Source of the DNA: a virus
Lineage: Duplodnaviria > Caudoviricetes
Reading direction: 5' to 3' (one strand)
Virus record (IMG/VR): IMGVR_UViG_3300030207_001559
Coordinates: 1-35,246 of that record
DNA length: 35,246 nucleotides
The translations under genes were made by a program, and so were the position numbers. Position 1 is the stretch's first letter. Every line of letters begins with the position of its first letter. The notes under the pieces are model-generated. The model was not told where the DNA came from, did not search any database, and saw nothing but the letters and a program-made list of their open reading frames with translations. Below are positions 1 through 9,488 of this stretch, piece after piece.

Positions 1-189
1 ATAGCTAAGAATATTTGATGGAGAACCTCCAGTAGGCACAGTAAAGACAGCCCTACTGCCATAGAAAGTAGAAGCAAGACCTGTAAATTCAAGCGTGTTT
101 AACTTTTCAATATTGTCATCAGTTCTAGTGTTAACTTTTTCAATATCTGCTATAGCAATAGTATTAACTTTTTCTATTTCATTAGCCAT
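1..189 (-). CDS. N-terminal fragment of a tail fibre / receptor-binding-type virion protein (runs off the window)
   Basis: Not in the ORF track. ATG at 189 overlaps the upstream stop (TAATG). Reads MANEIEKVNTIAIADIEKVNTRTDDNIEKLNTLEF...GSRAVF..GG.PSNILSY, with a triple IEKxN repeat; follows the 600-aa fibre gene. Confidence 0.6.
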   Translation of the reverse strand, partial: MANEIEKVNTIAIADIEKVNTRTDDNIEKLNTLEFTGLASTFYGSRAVFTVPTGGSPSNILSY

Positions 190-1991
190 TAAGCATGCTC
201 TATTACGTCTATGCTAGGCATTACAAACAGCACATCATCTGTTACTGCAATCCCAATTCTTTGTACATAGTCTCCATCATCTGAAGGGGCAGTTTTAGTA
301 ATAGCCCCTACCGATTCTCCTAAATAAACAGGGTCACCAGCATCAAATGCTTCTGCATCCATTCTCCAAATGCCATGTGTTAATACATAACAATCGTCAC
401 CATCACTTGCAGCATCATTTGTAGCTATACCAATAGCAGGGTCTGTTACATTCCCTGCGTCTGCTCTTGCTTGAGCAACTTTTCCACTACTATTTATATA
501 AACAGCATCTCCTTGAGAAACACTTCCTGCACTATCAAAACCTATAACTATTCCATAGCCTGAAGTATTGCTTGCAGGTTCAGAAGTAGCCATTCTTGAA
601 CCACCTAATTTAATGTACTTAGCATCAGTTGTAGATATGTCTTGTGCAAATGTAACCCCACCACCATCTGCGATAGTAATAGCATTATCTCCATCAGTAA
701 AATCAATAGTTGCAGTTTGAACACTATCACCTGTAGTTATTGTTCCAGTAGTTGTAATAGTATCTATATATGCGTCTTTCCACCTTACCCCTGTAGTACC
801 TAAATCAACATCACTGTCTGATTGAGGACCAAATATATTGTCTGCAACATATACTTGCTCTACGTTTGCAGCATAAAAATGTATTTCATCTGCAGTTTCA
901 AAATCTATTTTAGTTTGGTCATCTTCACCAATTTTAATGTCAGTAGCTAACAAAGAAGTAATACCTGTTTGAGCAGCATCAACTGTAATAGTTAAATCGT
1001 ATGGGTCTCCATCAGTACCGTTGTCAGTATCAGTCCAGTTAGTAGTAACACCACTTCCAATTATCTTTACTTCTTTAGCGTTAGATATTGTTACTTCAGT
1101 ACCATCATCATCTTCTAATATAAATGAAGTCATTCCACCCGTACCAGCACCAATGTCAGACAATACTTGAGAACCTGTTCTGTAATCTACGTTACCTGAA
1201 CTGTCTAATACTAAAAATTTATCTGTATCTGTACCTGCTGCACTAACTGAACTTAATGTTAAGCTAGTACCACTTAGTGCATTTCCTGTAAGTAATACTG
1301 TTCCTGCAGCATCAGGGAATGTAATTGTCCTATCTGCTGTTGGGTCGGTAATAGCAAAAGTTGTTTCGTTACCGTCTGCTGTTGCCCCTTCAAAAGTTAA
1401 AGGGCTTGCACCTTGTAAGGTTGCTCCAATAGTTAATGTGTCTGCAGCAGCATCACCTAAAACTAAATTACCATTTAATGTAGTAGTTCCAGTAACTGTT
1501 AATGCTCCACCTACTGTAGCGTTACCTGCTATAGCAAATGTAGAACTAGCTACAGTTGAGTTAGGTGTAATAGTTACATGAGCAACGTAAGTGCCTTGAC
1601 TGTTAATGTCATTACCCATAGTAAAGACACCACCAGCAGCATTTTTAAATTGCCACCTATCTCCTGCATCATCACCTTCATCAGCAAAGAAATATAAAGG
1701 AGCATCTCCTCCTTCATTGGCTCTTATGTTAATTGTTTCTGCATCTAATTCTGATAGATGCACTTTATCGTCAAATTTAATTCTTCTTTTAGAAGCACCA
1801 CTAACAATCTCTATGTCAAATTCGCCTGCTGTAGTGTGAGCAATACTCCACGCACCATTGGAATCAGTAGTTGTTGTAGCCCTAACATTAGCCACAGTGT
1901 TCTTATCATATAAGTTTACAGTTGCACCCGATACGGCTGTGCCTGCATCATTATATAAAAACCCTGCAAAATTAATAGCTGGATTTGCCAT
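189..1991 (-). CDS. Tail fibre / virion fibre protein: N-terminal carboxypeptidase-regulatory-like beta domain, G/T/D-rich shaft, C-terminal DUF2190/cement-like domain
   Basis: 600 aa, G/T/A/D-rich. 'FEGATADGNETTFAITDPTADRTITFPDA' and 'DVDLGTTGVRWKDAY' resemble phage fibre segments; lies after the nozzle gene. Confidence 0.7.
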   Translation of the reverse strand: MANPAINFAGFLYNDAGTAVSGATVNLYDKNTVANVRATTTTDSNGAWSIAHTTAGEFDIEIVSGASKRRIKFDDKVHLSELDAETINIRANEGGDAPLYFFADEGDDAGDRWQFKNAAGGVFTMGNDINSQGTYVAHVTITPNSTVASSTFAIAGNATVGGALTVTGTTTLNGNLVLGDAAADTLTIGATLQGASPLTFEGATADGNETTFAITDPTADRTITFPDAAGTVLLTGNALSGTSLTLSSVSAAGTDTDKFLVLDSSGNVDYRTGSQVLSDIGAGTGGMTSFILEDDDGTEVTISNAKEVKIIGSGVTTNWTDTDNGTDGDPYDLTITVDAAQTGITSLLATDIKIGEDDQTKIDFETADEIHFYAANVEQVYVADNIFGPQSDSDVDLGTTGVRWKDAYIDTITTTGTITTGDSVQTATIDFTDGDNAITIADGGGVTFAQDISTTDAKYIKLGGSRMATSEPASNTSGYGIVIGFDSAGSVSQGDAVYINSSGKVAQARADAGNVTDPAIGIATNDAASDGDDCYVLTHGIWRMDAEAFDAGDPVYLGESVGAITKTAPSDDGDYVQRIGIAVTDDVLFVMPSIDVIEHA

Positions 1992-2387
1992 TTAACTTCT
2001 CCCTAAACGAGAACTGTCTCTAAACTGTAAGGCTTCTCTAGTTGTACCTAGAGGGTCTTGTGCTAGATAATCCTCATCTACAAATATTAATGTTATCCCT
2101 TGACCTGCTAACGACTCCCTTGCAAATATATCTCGTGCTCTAGTATCAGCACCTAGTTCGTAGTGATAGTATACACCTTGAACATTAACTGCCAAATTAG
2201 GTGGGTTGTTAAATAAAAAGTCAATAACTAATCCACCCTTGTCTAGTCTACCACCCATTAAAGGAGATTGGTAGGTAAAGTCTTCATTAGGTTCGTAACC
2301 TAACTCTACTAAAGATGCATAGAATTGCCATTCAGGTAGTGAACCTGTCCATCCTTCAGGAACTACAGTAAGTGATGGTCTTAACAT
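1992..2387 (-). CDS. Vsr/DUF559-like PD-(D/E)xK-fold protein
   Basis: Pattern PE..FY..L...G....F.YQ....IDF......LAVNVQGVYYH....RD...RE.L...G..LIFV. Start moved from 2411 to the ATG at 2387 (TAATG overlap with upstream stop). Confidence 0.6.
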   Translation of the reverse strand: MLRPSLTVVPEGWTGSLPEWQFYASLVELGYEPNEDFTYQSPLMGGRLDKGGLVIDFLFNNPPNLAVNVQGVYYHYELGADTRARDIFARESLAGQGITLIFVDEDYLAQDPLGTTREALQFRDSSRLGRS

Positions 2388-2680
2388 TACCCATCCAATA
2401 CTACTACCCAACTAACTTTATCATTGTTAGTTGCTGCATCTACATATAAGCTACTAAATGGAACGGTTCCCCCAAGTTCTGCAAAACTAATTTCAATAGT
2501 ATTAGTTGCAGCTAACTCGTAACCGTTACTAGCACTAACATCACTAGTACCAAAGTAAACTAATCCTGAATTACCAGCAAGAGCCTTTACTCTAATCCAC
2601 CTAACTTTGTTAACTGTATTAGATATTTGTACTCTTGTACCTGCTGAAGATACATTTGTAGTTCCACCATCAAGTATCAT
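2387..2680 (-). CDS. Small beta-rich virion protein (hypothetical)
   Basis: 97 aa, ATGA overlap with the nozzle gene, within the tail module. Confidence 0.6.
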   Translation of the reverse strand: MILDGGTTNVSSAGTRVQISNTVNKVRWIRVKALAGNSGLVYFGTSDVSASNGYELAATNTIEISFAELGGTVPFSSLYVDAATNNDKVSWVVVLDG

Positions 2681-4608
2681 GGTTCCACCAATGTTATTCG
2701 TGACGAGCCACGTTCATCATACCCTGTATACTCTATTCCTGTAGCTGAAGTTACATCTACGTAATAGTTTCTAGTTCCTCCTCCATCATCTCTAAAAGTA
2801 AACTCTTGTAACAAGTTACTTTCTATAGAACTTATTAAAGCACTTCTTAATTGTTTAGGGTTTTTACCTTTATAAGTATTATTTAAATCTACTTCTACAG
2901 TGTGACCGTATTTAGCTTCTAGTTTCTTCCTAAATTCTAATGTAGTAGATACTACGTCAGGAGACTTAGAAGTATCAGACCCTCTAGATAAAGTTAACTT
3001 AAACTTTATTGACCTAAAAGAAACCCCAACTCCACTACCAAAAGTATATGTAGTAGTACCACTACTGCTAATAGTTCCTAAACTAGTATAAGAAGTAGAG
3101 TAATCAATAGCATATTCAACAGCTACTGTTTCATCACTAGATGCATCTTCTACTTCTACTTTTAATTTCAAAGCTAACTTATCTACTTCTACTTGCTGTG
3201 CATCAAACCAAGGAGTTTCATGGAAACCAGTAGATTCATAAGCATAATCTGTACCATCTACAGATACTAACTGAGATGGGTTAGTTACATCAAAAGGAAT
3301 TAATTGATGGTATACCTGACCATCTAGCCCCCACCATAATCTGTAATCACCTTTACCTGCATTAGATACAAGCATTTTATCTACAGGCTTTCCTGCTTTA
3401 GAAGAAGGAGCAATCCATTTGGTTTCCCAACCTGTATCATTCCATGCAACTATAGAAGATTGACCACTACTGTCAGCTATAACTTGAGCACTGTGCCCAC
3501 TTAAACCTGCAGATGCACCATACTGAAACGGTATATCTGTAGCTGCTTGAGCACCGGGTGCAGTAGTAGCATCTACTGCTGCTATTAATTCTGTATGTGT
3601 TCCTACTAATTTCTTAATAGTTCCTCTGTATGTAGCAGGTAAACCATCATCTCTATCAGGACCCATAACCGTAACAACGGCATTGTTAGTTCCATTAATG
3701 TATTTATATATACCTAAACCTGATGGGTTGTATATTGAATCTCTCCATCTAACAGAACCTGTTCCATTAAATTGATGAAACGGTAATTGAAATTGAGTTT
3801 CAACCCACCTAGTGTTGCCTACGTCATGAGCAAACAAACCTACTTTAGTTGCTGCATAAAGTATCTGTTCACCTGCAGCATCTCTAGCTACAAACAAATC
3901 AGTTACGTATTCTTCTTGAACTGGCAACAACGCATCATTAACAGGTGTTCCATTTATAGTTAGTGTGTACCAAAGTTGTCCTGACTTATCTATTCCCCAC
4001 AACCTGTCATCCCAAAACGACAAAAATCTAGCGTCTGTAGTTTTATCTACAACTGTTGTAGCAGAAGAAAAATAACTATATCCACCTTCATGAGCAACAA
4101 CTATATAATCAGTACCTGACATACTTACTGTAATAGAATCAGTAGGAGTAGCAGGAAAACTATAAGCAGACCCTCCATTAGTTACTTGTGTCCAATGGTC
4201 TCCACCTTCAGAGTAGTAATAAGGAGTATTCCCATATCCAGCGTATAACTCAGTTCCTAAATCTTGTATAAAAGTAATAGCACCTGTTATTGCTGTACCA
4301 TCAGATAACTCTGCAGTAGTTGCAGCAGACAATGCAGGAAGTACAAGGTGATGTCTGTGACGTAAGTTACAAGTAGAATGCCATGCTCTGTCTGCGTCAG
4401 CAGGACCTTGCATCCTTTCTACACCAATACCACCACGCCAATCAGACCAAGCAATAATAGATGAACGTAAGTTACTGTCTCTAGTTGTGTCACCAATAGT
4501 AACTTTAGACGGGTATATAGATGCCAATACACTTTGTACTGGTCTATTTAATGGGTAGTAAGTACCACCTAAATATATCTCGTTATCATCTACTACTTTA
4601 TTTGCCAT
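2677..4608 (-). CDS. Tail nozzle / tail tubular protein B-like (predicted beta-propeller)
   Basis: 643 aa with short beta-repeat segments (RLWGID, ILYAATKVGLF); follows the adaptor gene as in podovirus tail modules. Confidence 0.6.
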   Translation of the reverse strand: MANKVVDDNEIYLGGTYYPLNRPVQSVLASIYPSKVTIGDTTRDSNLRSSIIAWSDWRGGIGVERMQGPADADRAWHSTCNLRHRHHLVLPALSAATTAELSDGTAITGAITFIQDLGTELYAGYGNTPYYYSEGGDHWTQVTNGGSAYSFPATPTDSITVSMSGTDYIVVAHEGGYSYFSSATTVVDKTTDARFLSFWDDRLWGIDKSGQLWYTLTINGTPVNDALLPVQEEYVTDLFVARDAAGEQILYAATKVGLFAHDVGNTRWVETQFQLPFHQFNGTGSVRWRDSIYNPSGLGIYKYINGTNNAVVTVMGPDRDDGLPATYRGTIKKLVGTHTELIAAVDATTAPGAQAATDIPFQYGASAGLSGHSAQVIADSSGQSSIVAWNDTGWETKWIAPSSKAGKPVDKMLVSNAGKGDYRLWWGLDGQVYHQLIPFDVTNPSQLVSVDGTDYAYESTGFHETPWFDAQQVEVDKLALKLKVEVEDASSDETVAVEYAIDYSTSYTSLGTISSSGTTTYTFGSGVGVSFRSIKFKLTLSRGSDTSKSPDVVSTTLEFRKKLEAKYGHTVEVDLNNTYKGKNPKQLRSALISSIESNLLQEFTFRDDGGGTRNYYVDVTSATGIEYTGYDERGSSRITLVEP

Positions 4609-5876
4609 TATTCAACTACTCTTCCTGTAATTAAAATAGGAAAAGCACGTTTAGCTTGTTCTGCTAAACCAAACCAAAAAGCTGCTTGTTGTCTTTTAGC
4701 ATCAGGGTCTATGTTAGGACCACCTGACGCTGCAGCAAACGCTAAAGCTGTGGCTCTAGCTATTATATAAGCGTCATCTATCTCACTAGTCCCTGCATCT
4801 GTAGATAACAATGCAGGCTTATCCCCACCAGTAATCTTAAGAAGTGCATACCCTGCTTCAGTTCTACCTGAGTCAGTAAGCACTAAGTCTCTAGCACTTC
4901 TATCTATTTTCCATAAATGTTTAGGAAAAATTTGATATACAGCAGTATCGTTTTCTACTACTTTAATATCGTCTATTCTAATTTGACACGCACCAAAATC
5001 AGAAGTAATCCCATACTTTAATCCTATAGATATAATTGCTGTATCTAGTTCAGGATTGGCTAAAGCTATTCGTACATAAGTCCATGTGTCTGCAGATAAT
5101 GCAGGAACAGATAATGTTTCTAATGGACTAGCACAACTAGCAGAATCATCTAAAAGTATTGCCAAGTTTCCTGCAGTAACATCTACATTAGACTTAATCC
5201 AACATTCTAAATAATCATATTTAGATATATCTTTACTAGTTATAGAATCTGTTGCTATATCATTTTGAGAAGCACCTGCAGCAATAACAAACTTATTACA
5301 ACCTGTACCTCGTTTTTTATCTTCAGTATCTACAGTAACTGTAATATCTGAATCTACCGTTTCGTCAAAAGCACTGTTACAAGAATGGAGTATAGTGCTA
5401 CTAATAGAATTACGGTAATAAATGTGATTGATAATTGAAATGTTAGAAGGAATGTCATATCTAAGACTCTTGCCATCTGCATAAATACCAAGACTTTCTA
5501 CTGGGTCGTACACTTGCCCTGTAGAGTCTACTATTGCCTGATTAATAAAATCATGAATAACATCAGGGTTATACGGCTCATCCCATATTTCATATTCATC
5601 AGAACTAGCTACAGTAAAGCTAGCATTTTGTTGAAATTGAATAGTGTTATTACTAGCTGTATAGTCATTAACATATTGAGTAGTTTGAGTAGTTCCATCA
5701 CTAGCATCAGTAACAAGAATTAACTTACCGTTGTAAGTATCATCTCCACCTCTAAACGTATTAACGTCTATAAGGGTATTGTTAGTTCCACCTGTAGCAT
5801 TACCAACTTTTAAAGCCCCTAGGTTGTACCCTATGGATTGCCTAAGTTGTTTTCGAGTTCTCCCTTGTACAGGCAT
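4608..5876 (-). CDS. Head-tail adaptor (tail tubular protein A-like) with inserted beta-sandwich domains
   Basis: N-terminal 'TRKQLRQSIG', central 'IHDFINQAI', C-terminal 'YIIARATALA' helices typical of adaptors; RBS GAGG; synteny. Confidence 0.55.
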   Translation of the reverse strand: MPVQGRTRKQLRQSIGYNLGALKVGNATGGTNNTLIDVNTFRGGDDTYNGKLILVTDASDGTTQTTQYVNDYTASNNTIQFQQNASFTVASSDEYEIWDEPYNPDVIHDFINQAIVDSTGQVYDPVESLGIYADGKSLRYDIPSNISIINHIYYRNSISSTILHSCNSAFDETVDSDITVTVDTEDKKRGTGCNKFVIAAGASQNDIATDSITSKDISKYDYLECWIKSNVDVTAGNLAILLDDSASCASPLETLSVPALSADTWTYVRIALANPELDTAIISIGLKYGITSDFGACQIRIDDIKVVENDTAVYQIFPKHLWKIDRSARDLVLTDSGRTEAGYALLKITGGDKPALLSTDAGTSEIDDAYIIARATALAFAAASGGPNIDPDAKRQQAAFWFGLAEQAKRAFPILITGRVVE

Positions 5877-5890
5877 AGTTAAACCTCATT

Positions 5891-6052
5891 TTATTCTTCA
5901 GCAGATTCCTCTTGCTCAGAACGTAATTCTACTATTGTTCTTTTTAAAGTAACTATTTGTAACTCTAAATTAGTAATAGTATTTATCTTCTGTTGCAACA
6001 CTTCAGCTATATCTGCTTGTGTTATTTCCAACGTATTGTTATCTGCGACCAT
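5891..6052 (-). CDS. 53-aa coiled-coil hypothetical protein
   Basis: Below ORF-track cutoff: MVADNNTLEITQADIAEVLQQKINTITNLELQIVTLKRTIVELRSEQEESAEE. TGATG overlap with the upstream gene; fills the gap exactly. Confidence 0.7.
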   Translation of the reverse strand: MVADNNTLEITQADIAEVLQQKINTITNLELQIVTLKRTIVELRSEQEESAEE

Positions 6053-6408
6053 CAGATTCCCCTATAATATATTCTATTGTTTGTACTTTCTCTACGCTTT
6101 TCTGCGTATTCTTTAAATTCTCTTAACTGCTTACCTATTTCTTTACGTTCTTTAGCAGTTGGTTTCTTTTTAGAATCCAACCCCCTACATTCTAACAAGA
6201 ATGTTTCTAACGCTTGAGCAGCCATATCTTCTATATGTGAAGGAGATATGTCAGGGTCAGCAGGTATCTTAACCACTTGTGCCCTGCCTGTCACTGGGTC
6301 ACGAAATTGAAATGTATGTACAACAATGGACACCCCAGTTTCAGTGTTGTTTCCAGCACTTTCTTCGCCTACGTAAGTAGACCCCTGAGGTGTCCAAAGT
6401 TCAACCAT
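6052..6408 (-). CDS. Hypothetical protein
   Basis: 118 aa, TAATG-coupled within the late operon. Confidence 0.7.
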   Translation of the reverse strand: MVELWTPQGSTYVGEESAGNNTETGVSIVVHTFQFRDPVTGRAQVVKIPADPDISPSHIEDMAAQALETFLLECRGLDSKKKPTAKERKEIGKQLREFKEYAEKRRESTNNRIYYRGI

Positions 6409-7148
6409 TAATATAAGTTCATCAACATTACTGTATGGAACTCATCATTTACACCAGCTTTACCGTGTAGTCTAGCAAGAGCAGGAGTAGTATCAGCACC
6501 AATCGCAAGAAGTTGTCCTGCGTGGTTTGAACTTGCACCTACTAATGTCCCTACTGCAGGTGTACCATCAATTTTAGCAGAAGCTATACCTGCTACTTGA
6601 ACCCAACCATAATAGTCAGCTTCTAAGTCAGCACAAGTTACACCAACAAATCTACCTGCAACAGCAGCAGGAGCAACAACAATGTCCTTGTATGGACTCT
6701 TGATAAGACCTGCTGTATCAGTACCTGCAGTTATTGCAGTCTGAAATCCATCAGGTTCATCTATTGTAATTTCTCCAGTACCACTAGATGCAATTAAAGC
6801 ATGACCTTTAATTTTGTACATTTCGTGTGGAGTAGTACTAGCTAAGTTAAAAAATAAGTATCCTTCTGCATACAAATCTTTAGCTGCTGCTGTACCACCT
6901 AATGTAATACTGATAGTAGTATCGCCTACTGAAGGACTAGTTGTAATCACCAAGTCTTCATCATGATTACCTGCTGGGGCTTCAGAAGCTACAACTAAAC
7001 CTTCTCCGATTGCAGTTCCTCCGTTAGCTACGTAACGAAACTTTCTGCCATCAGGAAAAGCCATTTCGGCTCCGAGAACTTGTCGTTGGTCAGATGTAGT
7101 TATTTTTTCAAAACCATATCGACCACCTTGAATAGGACTAAAAGACAT
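6408..7148 (-). CDS. Capsid decoration / cement-like protein
   Basis: 246 aa, A/G-rich, with 'DGRKFRYV' and 'YYGWVQVAG' motifs; strong RBS AGGAGG; near the capsid gene. Confidence 0.55.
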   Translation of the reverse strand: MSFSPIQGGRYGFEKITTSDQRQVLGAEMAFPDGRKFRYVANGGTAIGEGLVVASEAPAGNHDEDLVITTSPSVGDTTISITLGGTAAAKDLYAEGYLFFNLASTTPHEMYKIKGHALIASSGTGEITIDEPDGFQTAITAGTDTAGLIKSPYKDIVVAPAAVAGRFVGVTCADLEADYYGWVQVAGIASAKIDGTPAVGTLVGASSNHAGQLLAIGADTTPALARLHGKAGVNDEFHTVMLMNLY

Positions 7149-7175
7149 TTTAAACCTCCTAGGGTTTTATTATTT

Positions 7176-7238
7176 ACAGGGTTTTCCCCTGCGACCAACC
7201 GTTAATTTTATAGAGCCACGGTCAATCTTTACAACTCT
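7176..7238 (-). ncRNA. Structured 5' leader (pseudoknot plus hairpin) upstream of the decoration gene
   Basis: Minus strand: AGAGTT pairs with GGCTCT; GATTGACCGT pairs with ACGGTTGGTC; GCAGGG-GAAAA-CCCTGT hairpin. Confidence 0.55.
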
Positions 7239-7246
7239 TAATGTGC

Positions 7247-7252
7247 ATTATA
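7247..7252 (-). promoter_or_regulatory. Candidate -10 box (TATAAT)
   Basis: Perfect TATAAT in the intergenic gap, 8 nt before the structured leader; no recognisable -35. Confidence 0.4.
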
Positions 7253-7261
7253 CATCAGATA

Positions 7262-7708
7262 CTAAGAACATCCCTCTCGTTGACATTTCTTTTTATAAAA
7301 AGTCATCTTAGATGCTGCACCTGCAGCGTTTGCAGCTTCTGCTACAAAGCCACAAACGTCACAGGTTCTAGTTACTGTAGTGAGCACAATAGGTTCTTCT
7401 ACAGATTCTTCCTTAATCTCAGTAGCTGTGCCACAAACACCGTTTGTACCACTCCATTGACACGTACAACTTTCACTTGGCTCCCAAGGAAACATACCTA
7501 TCTTAGCTTTTTTTAATACATAATCAGGATTACCGGGAACTCCTTTTATAGCAGTTCCTACTGCTGCATTAATTTCACCATCTTCACTGTAACTAGGCTT
7601 GTGCCTATATAAAGTAGTTTTGGCTTGCCACTCATCTATGTATTTCATAGAAAAACCAGTGTTAGCTAATTCTATTCTTTGTTTGTTTCGTTCAGTTATA
7701 CCTGCCAT
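7262..7708 (-). CDS. Hypothetical Cys-containing protein (CxC, CxxC)
   Basis: 148 aa, RBS GAGG, between capsid and decoration genes. Confidence 0.7.
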   Translation of the reverse strand: MAGITERNKQRIELANTGFSMKYIDEWQAKTTLYRHKPSYSEDGEINAAVGTAIKGVPGNPDYVLKKAKIGMFPWEPSESCTCQWSGTNGVCGTATEIKEESVEEPIVLTTVTRTCDVCGFVAEAANAAGAASKMTFYKKKCQREGCS

Positions 7709-7722
7709 TTATACCTCGACTA

Positions 7723-8601
7723 TTATGAAGTTGCTAAGTCACCCATTTCAAATTGTATTGCTGCACCTTTAGTGTCATCTAATTCAAAAACACCATAGTC
7801 TGCTGTCATTACAATTTCTGTTGCTCTAAGTGATGCATCTCTTTGTCGCTCAGTTCTAGTGTCAACACTAGTAAGTGCTGCTAACGCAGTCTTATCAGCA
7901 ATAACACCATAACCTGAAGCATCACCAACAGATGTATCTATTGCAATGTTTCCATCTTCAAAAATTGGAACACCATTAATTGGTCGCAATCCACTATAGA
8001 AGTTAGACAACAAATCTGCTGACCAACCTGAAGAAATTTCAGCATTGTTACCTGCAGTTGTTGCTGCTTCTTTAGATAAAGTTGCTACAGCATTTGGGTG
8101 GTGAATAATGTACAACTGAGAACCAAATTTATTTGCTTTCGCATTAGAAATGATTGCGTGTACGTTAGCAGCATTAAAACTTCTGCCGTCTGCTCCAAGA
8201 GCAGTACCACCATTCAAACCTGTGTAAAGAGCAATAACATCAGTATCTTTCTTTCGAGCCATACCATCACCTAACTGTCTTCCAATAATTGAAAAGACGT
8301 TATTAGCTGATTGCCTTACAAGTTTGTCTGTAAGAATAACTTTTGCACCAACCTCACTGGCTGTAAGGTCTACAGTAGTCATTCCAATATCTTCTTCATC
8401 AATAATGTCTACTCCATCTTGTAAGTCACTCATTGACATCTGCCCTACTTTAGGAACAGTTACTGTCTTAGCACCTTTTGGCAAACTAAATTGTTCGATA
8501 AGGGCTAAAGCAGGAGCGTTGTGCTCTTCTGTGTATCGAGCAGAACTAATGATAATTTTTTGGGCATTTTCTAAATTACCCGTTGTGGCTGTTGTTGCCA
8601 T
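7723..8601 (-). CDS. Major capsid protein (HK97 fold)
   Basis: 292 aa; 'GAKTVTVPK' E-loop, spine helix 'GRQLGDGMARKKDTDVIAL', 'INGVPIFED', C-terminal 'TERQRDASLRATEIVMTADYGVFEL'; directly after the scaffold gene. Confidence 0.85.
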   Translation of the reverse strand: MATTATTGNLENAQKIIISSARYTEEHNAPALALIEQFSLPKGAKTVTVPKVGQMSMSDLQDGVDIIDEEDIGMTTVDLTASEVGAKVILTDKLVRQSANNVFSIIGRQLGDGMARKKDTDVIALYTGLNGGTALGADGRSFNAANVHAIISNAKANKFGSQLYIIHHPNAVATLSKEAATTAGNNAEISSGWSADLLSNFYSGLRPINGVPIFEDGNIAIDTSVGDASGYGVIADKTALAALTSVDTRTERQRDASLRATEIVMTADYGVFELDDTKGAAIQFEMGDLATS

Positions 8602-8631
8602 GGGATTACCTCTTTATATATGTATTAAGTT

Positions 8632-9426
8632 TTAACCTAAGCCAGCAGCCCTTCGTGCTGCAGCAGATGCTTGAGGAGACCTATCGCCTTGGTTATACCT
8701 ATCAAGCCACCTGTCCTCATCACTGGAAGGAGCCGGTGTACTTTGACTATTGTCAAACTCTTGAGCCGGAACTAGCTGTGCCTTCAGCCTAGCTATCTCT
8801 GCATCTTTGTCTCTATCACTTTTAAGACGTTTTGCAGCATCTTCCATCTGTTGAGGGTCAGGAAATTTACGTAATTCAGCAAGGTCTTTTAACTCAAGCC
8901 CGTATTTAGTTGCAAAGTGTTCAGCAGCATTAGCTTGACCTTGTAAAAACCTAGCTTGCTGTTCAGCTTGTTGTTGCATCTGTACTACTTGAGATTGTTG
9001 TGCAGCCCAATTCTGTGATATCTGTGCTGCTTGGTCAGGCAAATATCCTGCCTGTTCTAGTTGTTGCCTATAGCCATCAGTCTGTTGTTTTAACTGATTC
9101 TGTTGTTGCTGATTTCTGTATTCTAAATTTTGCTGTTCTATTTCTTGCATACGTTTTTGCAAGTCATCTACAGCAGGGTTTACGTCAGGAACAGGAGTTT
9201 CAGGTACAACAGGAGTTTCTGATTCTTGGTTAAGCACTTCCGGTTCAGGTGTGGGTTGTGCAGAAGTTTCAGCTTCAGGTGATTCTGAAGGTGTTTCGTC
9301 AACTGCTTCTGTAGGAGTGTCTTCAAATGTGTTAACACCTGCAAACTCTTCTGTAATATCTGTAGTGGTTCCACCTGAGAAATCCTCAGAAGGTGCACTT
9401 TCCGGTTGTTCTGCCTGATTGACCAT
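8632..9426 (-). CDS. Capsid scaffolding protein
   Basis: Acidic P/E-rich N-terminus, Q-rich coiled coil, immediately upstream of the capsid gene. Confidence 0.7.
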   Translation of the reverse strand: MVNQAEQPESAPSEDFSGGTTTDITEEFAGVNTFEDTPTEAVDETPSESPEAETSAQPTPEPEVLNQESETPVVPETPVPDVNPAVDDLQKRMQEIEQQNLEYRNQQQQNQLKQQTDGYRQQLEQAGYLPDQAAQISQNWAAQQSQVVQMQQQAEQQARFLQGQANAAEHFATKYGLELKDLAELRKFPDPQQMEDAAKRLKSDRDKDAEIARLKAQLVPAQEFDNSQSTPAPSSDEDRWLDRYNQGDRSPQASAAARRAAGLG

Positions 9427-9458
9427 AGGTATACCTCTCGTTATTTTAAATAACCCTT

Positions 9459-9488
9459 AGTATACCCTTAAGGTTTAAGGTCCTGCAA
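9459..9488 (-). promoter_or_regulatory. Candidate sigma70-type promoter for scaffold/capsid genes
   Basis: TTGCAG (9488-9483), 18-nt spacer, TATACT (9464-9459), upstream of RBS GAGAGG. Confidence 0.45.
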
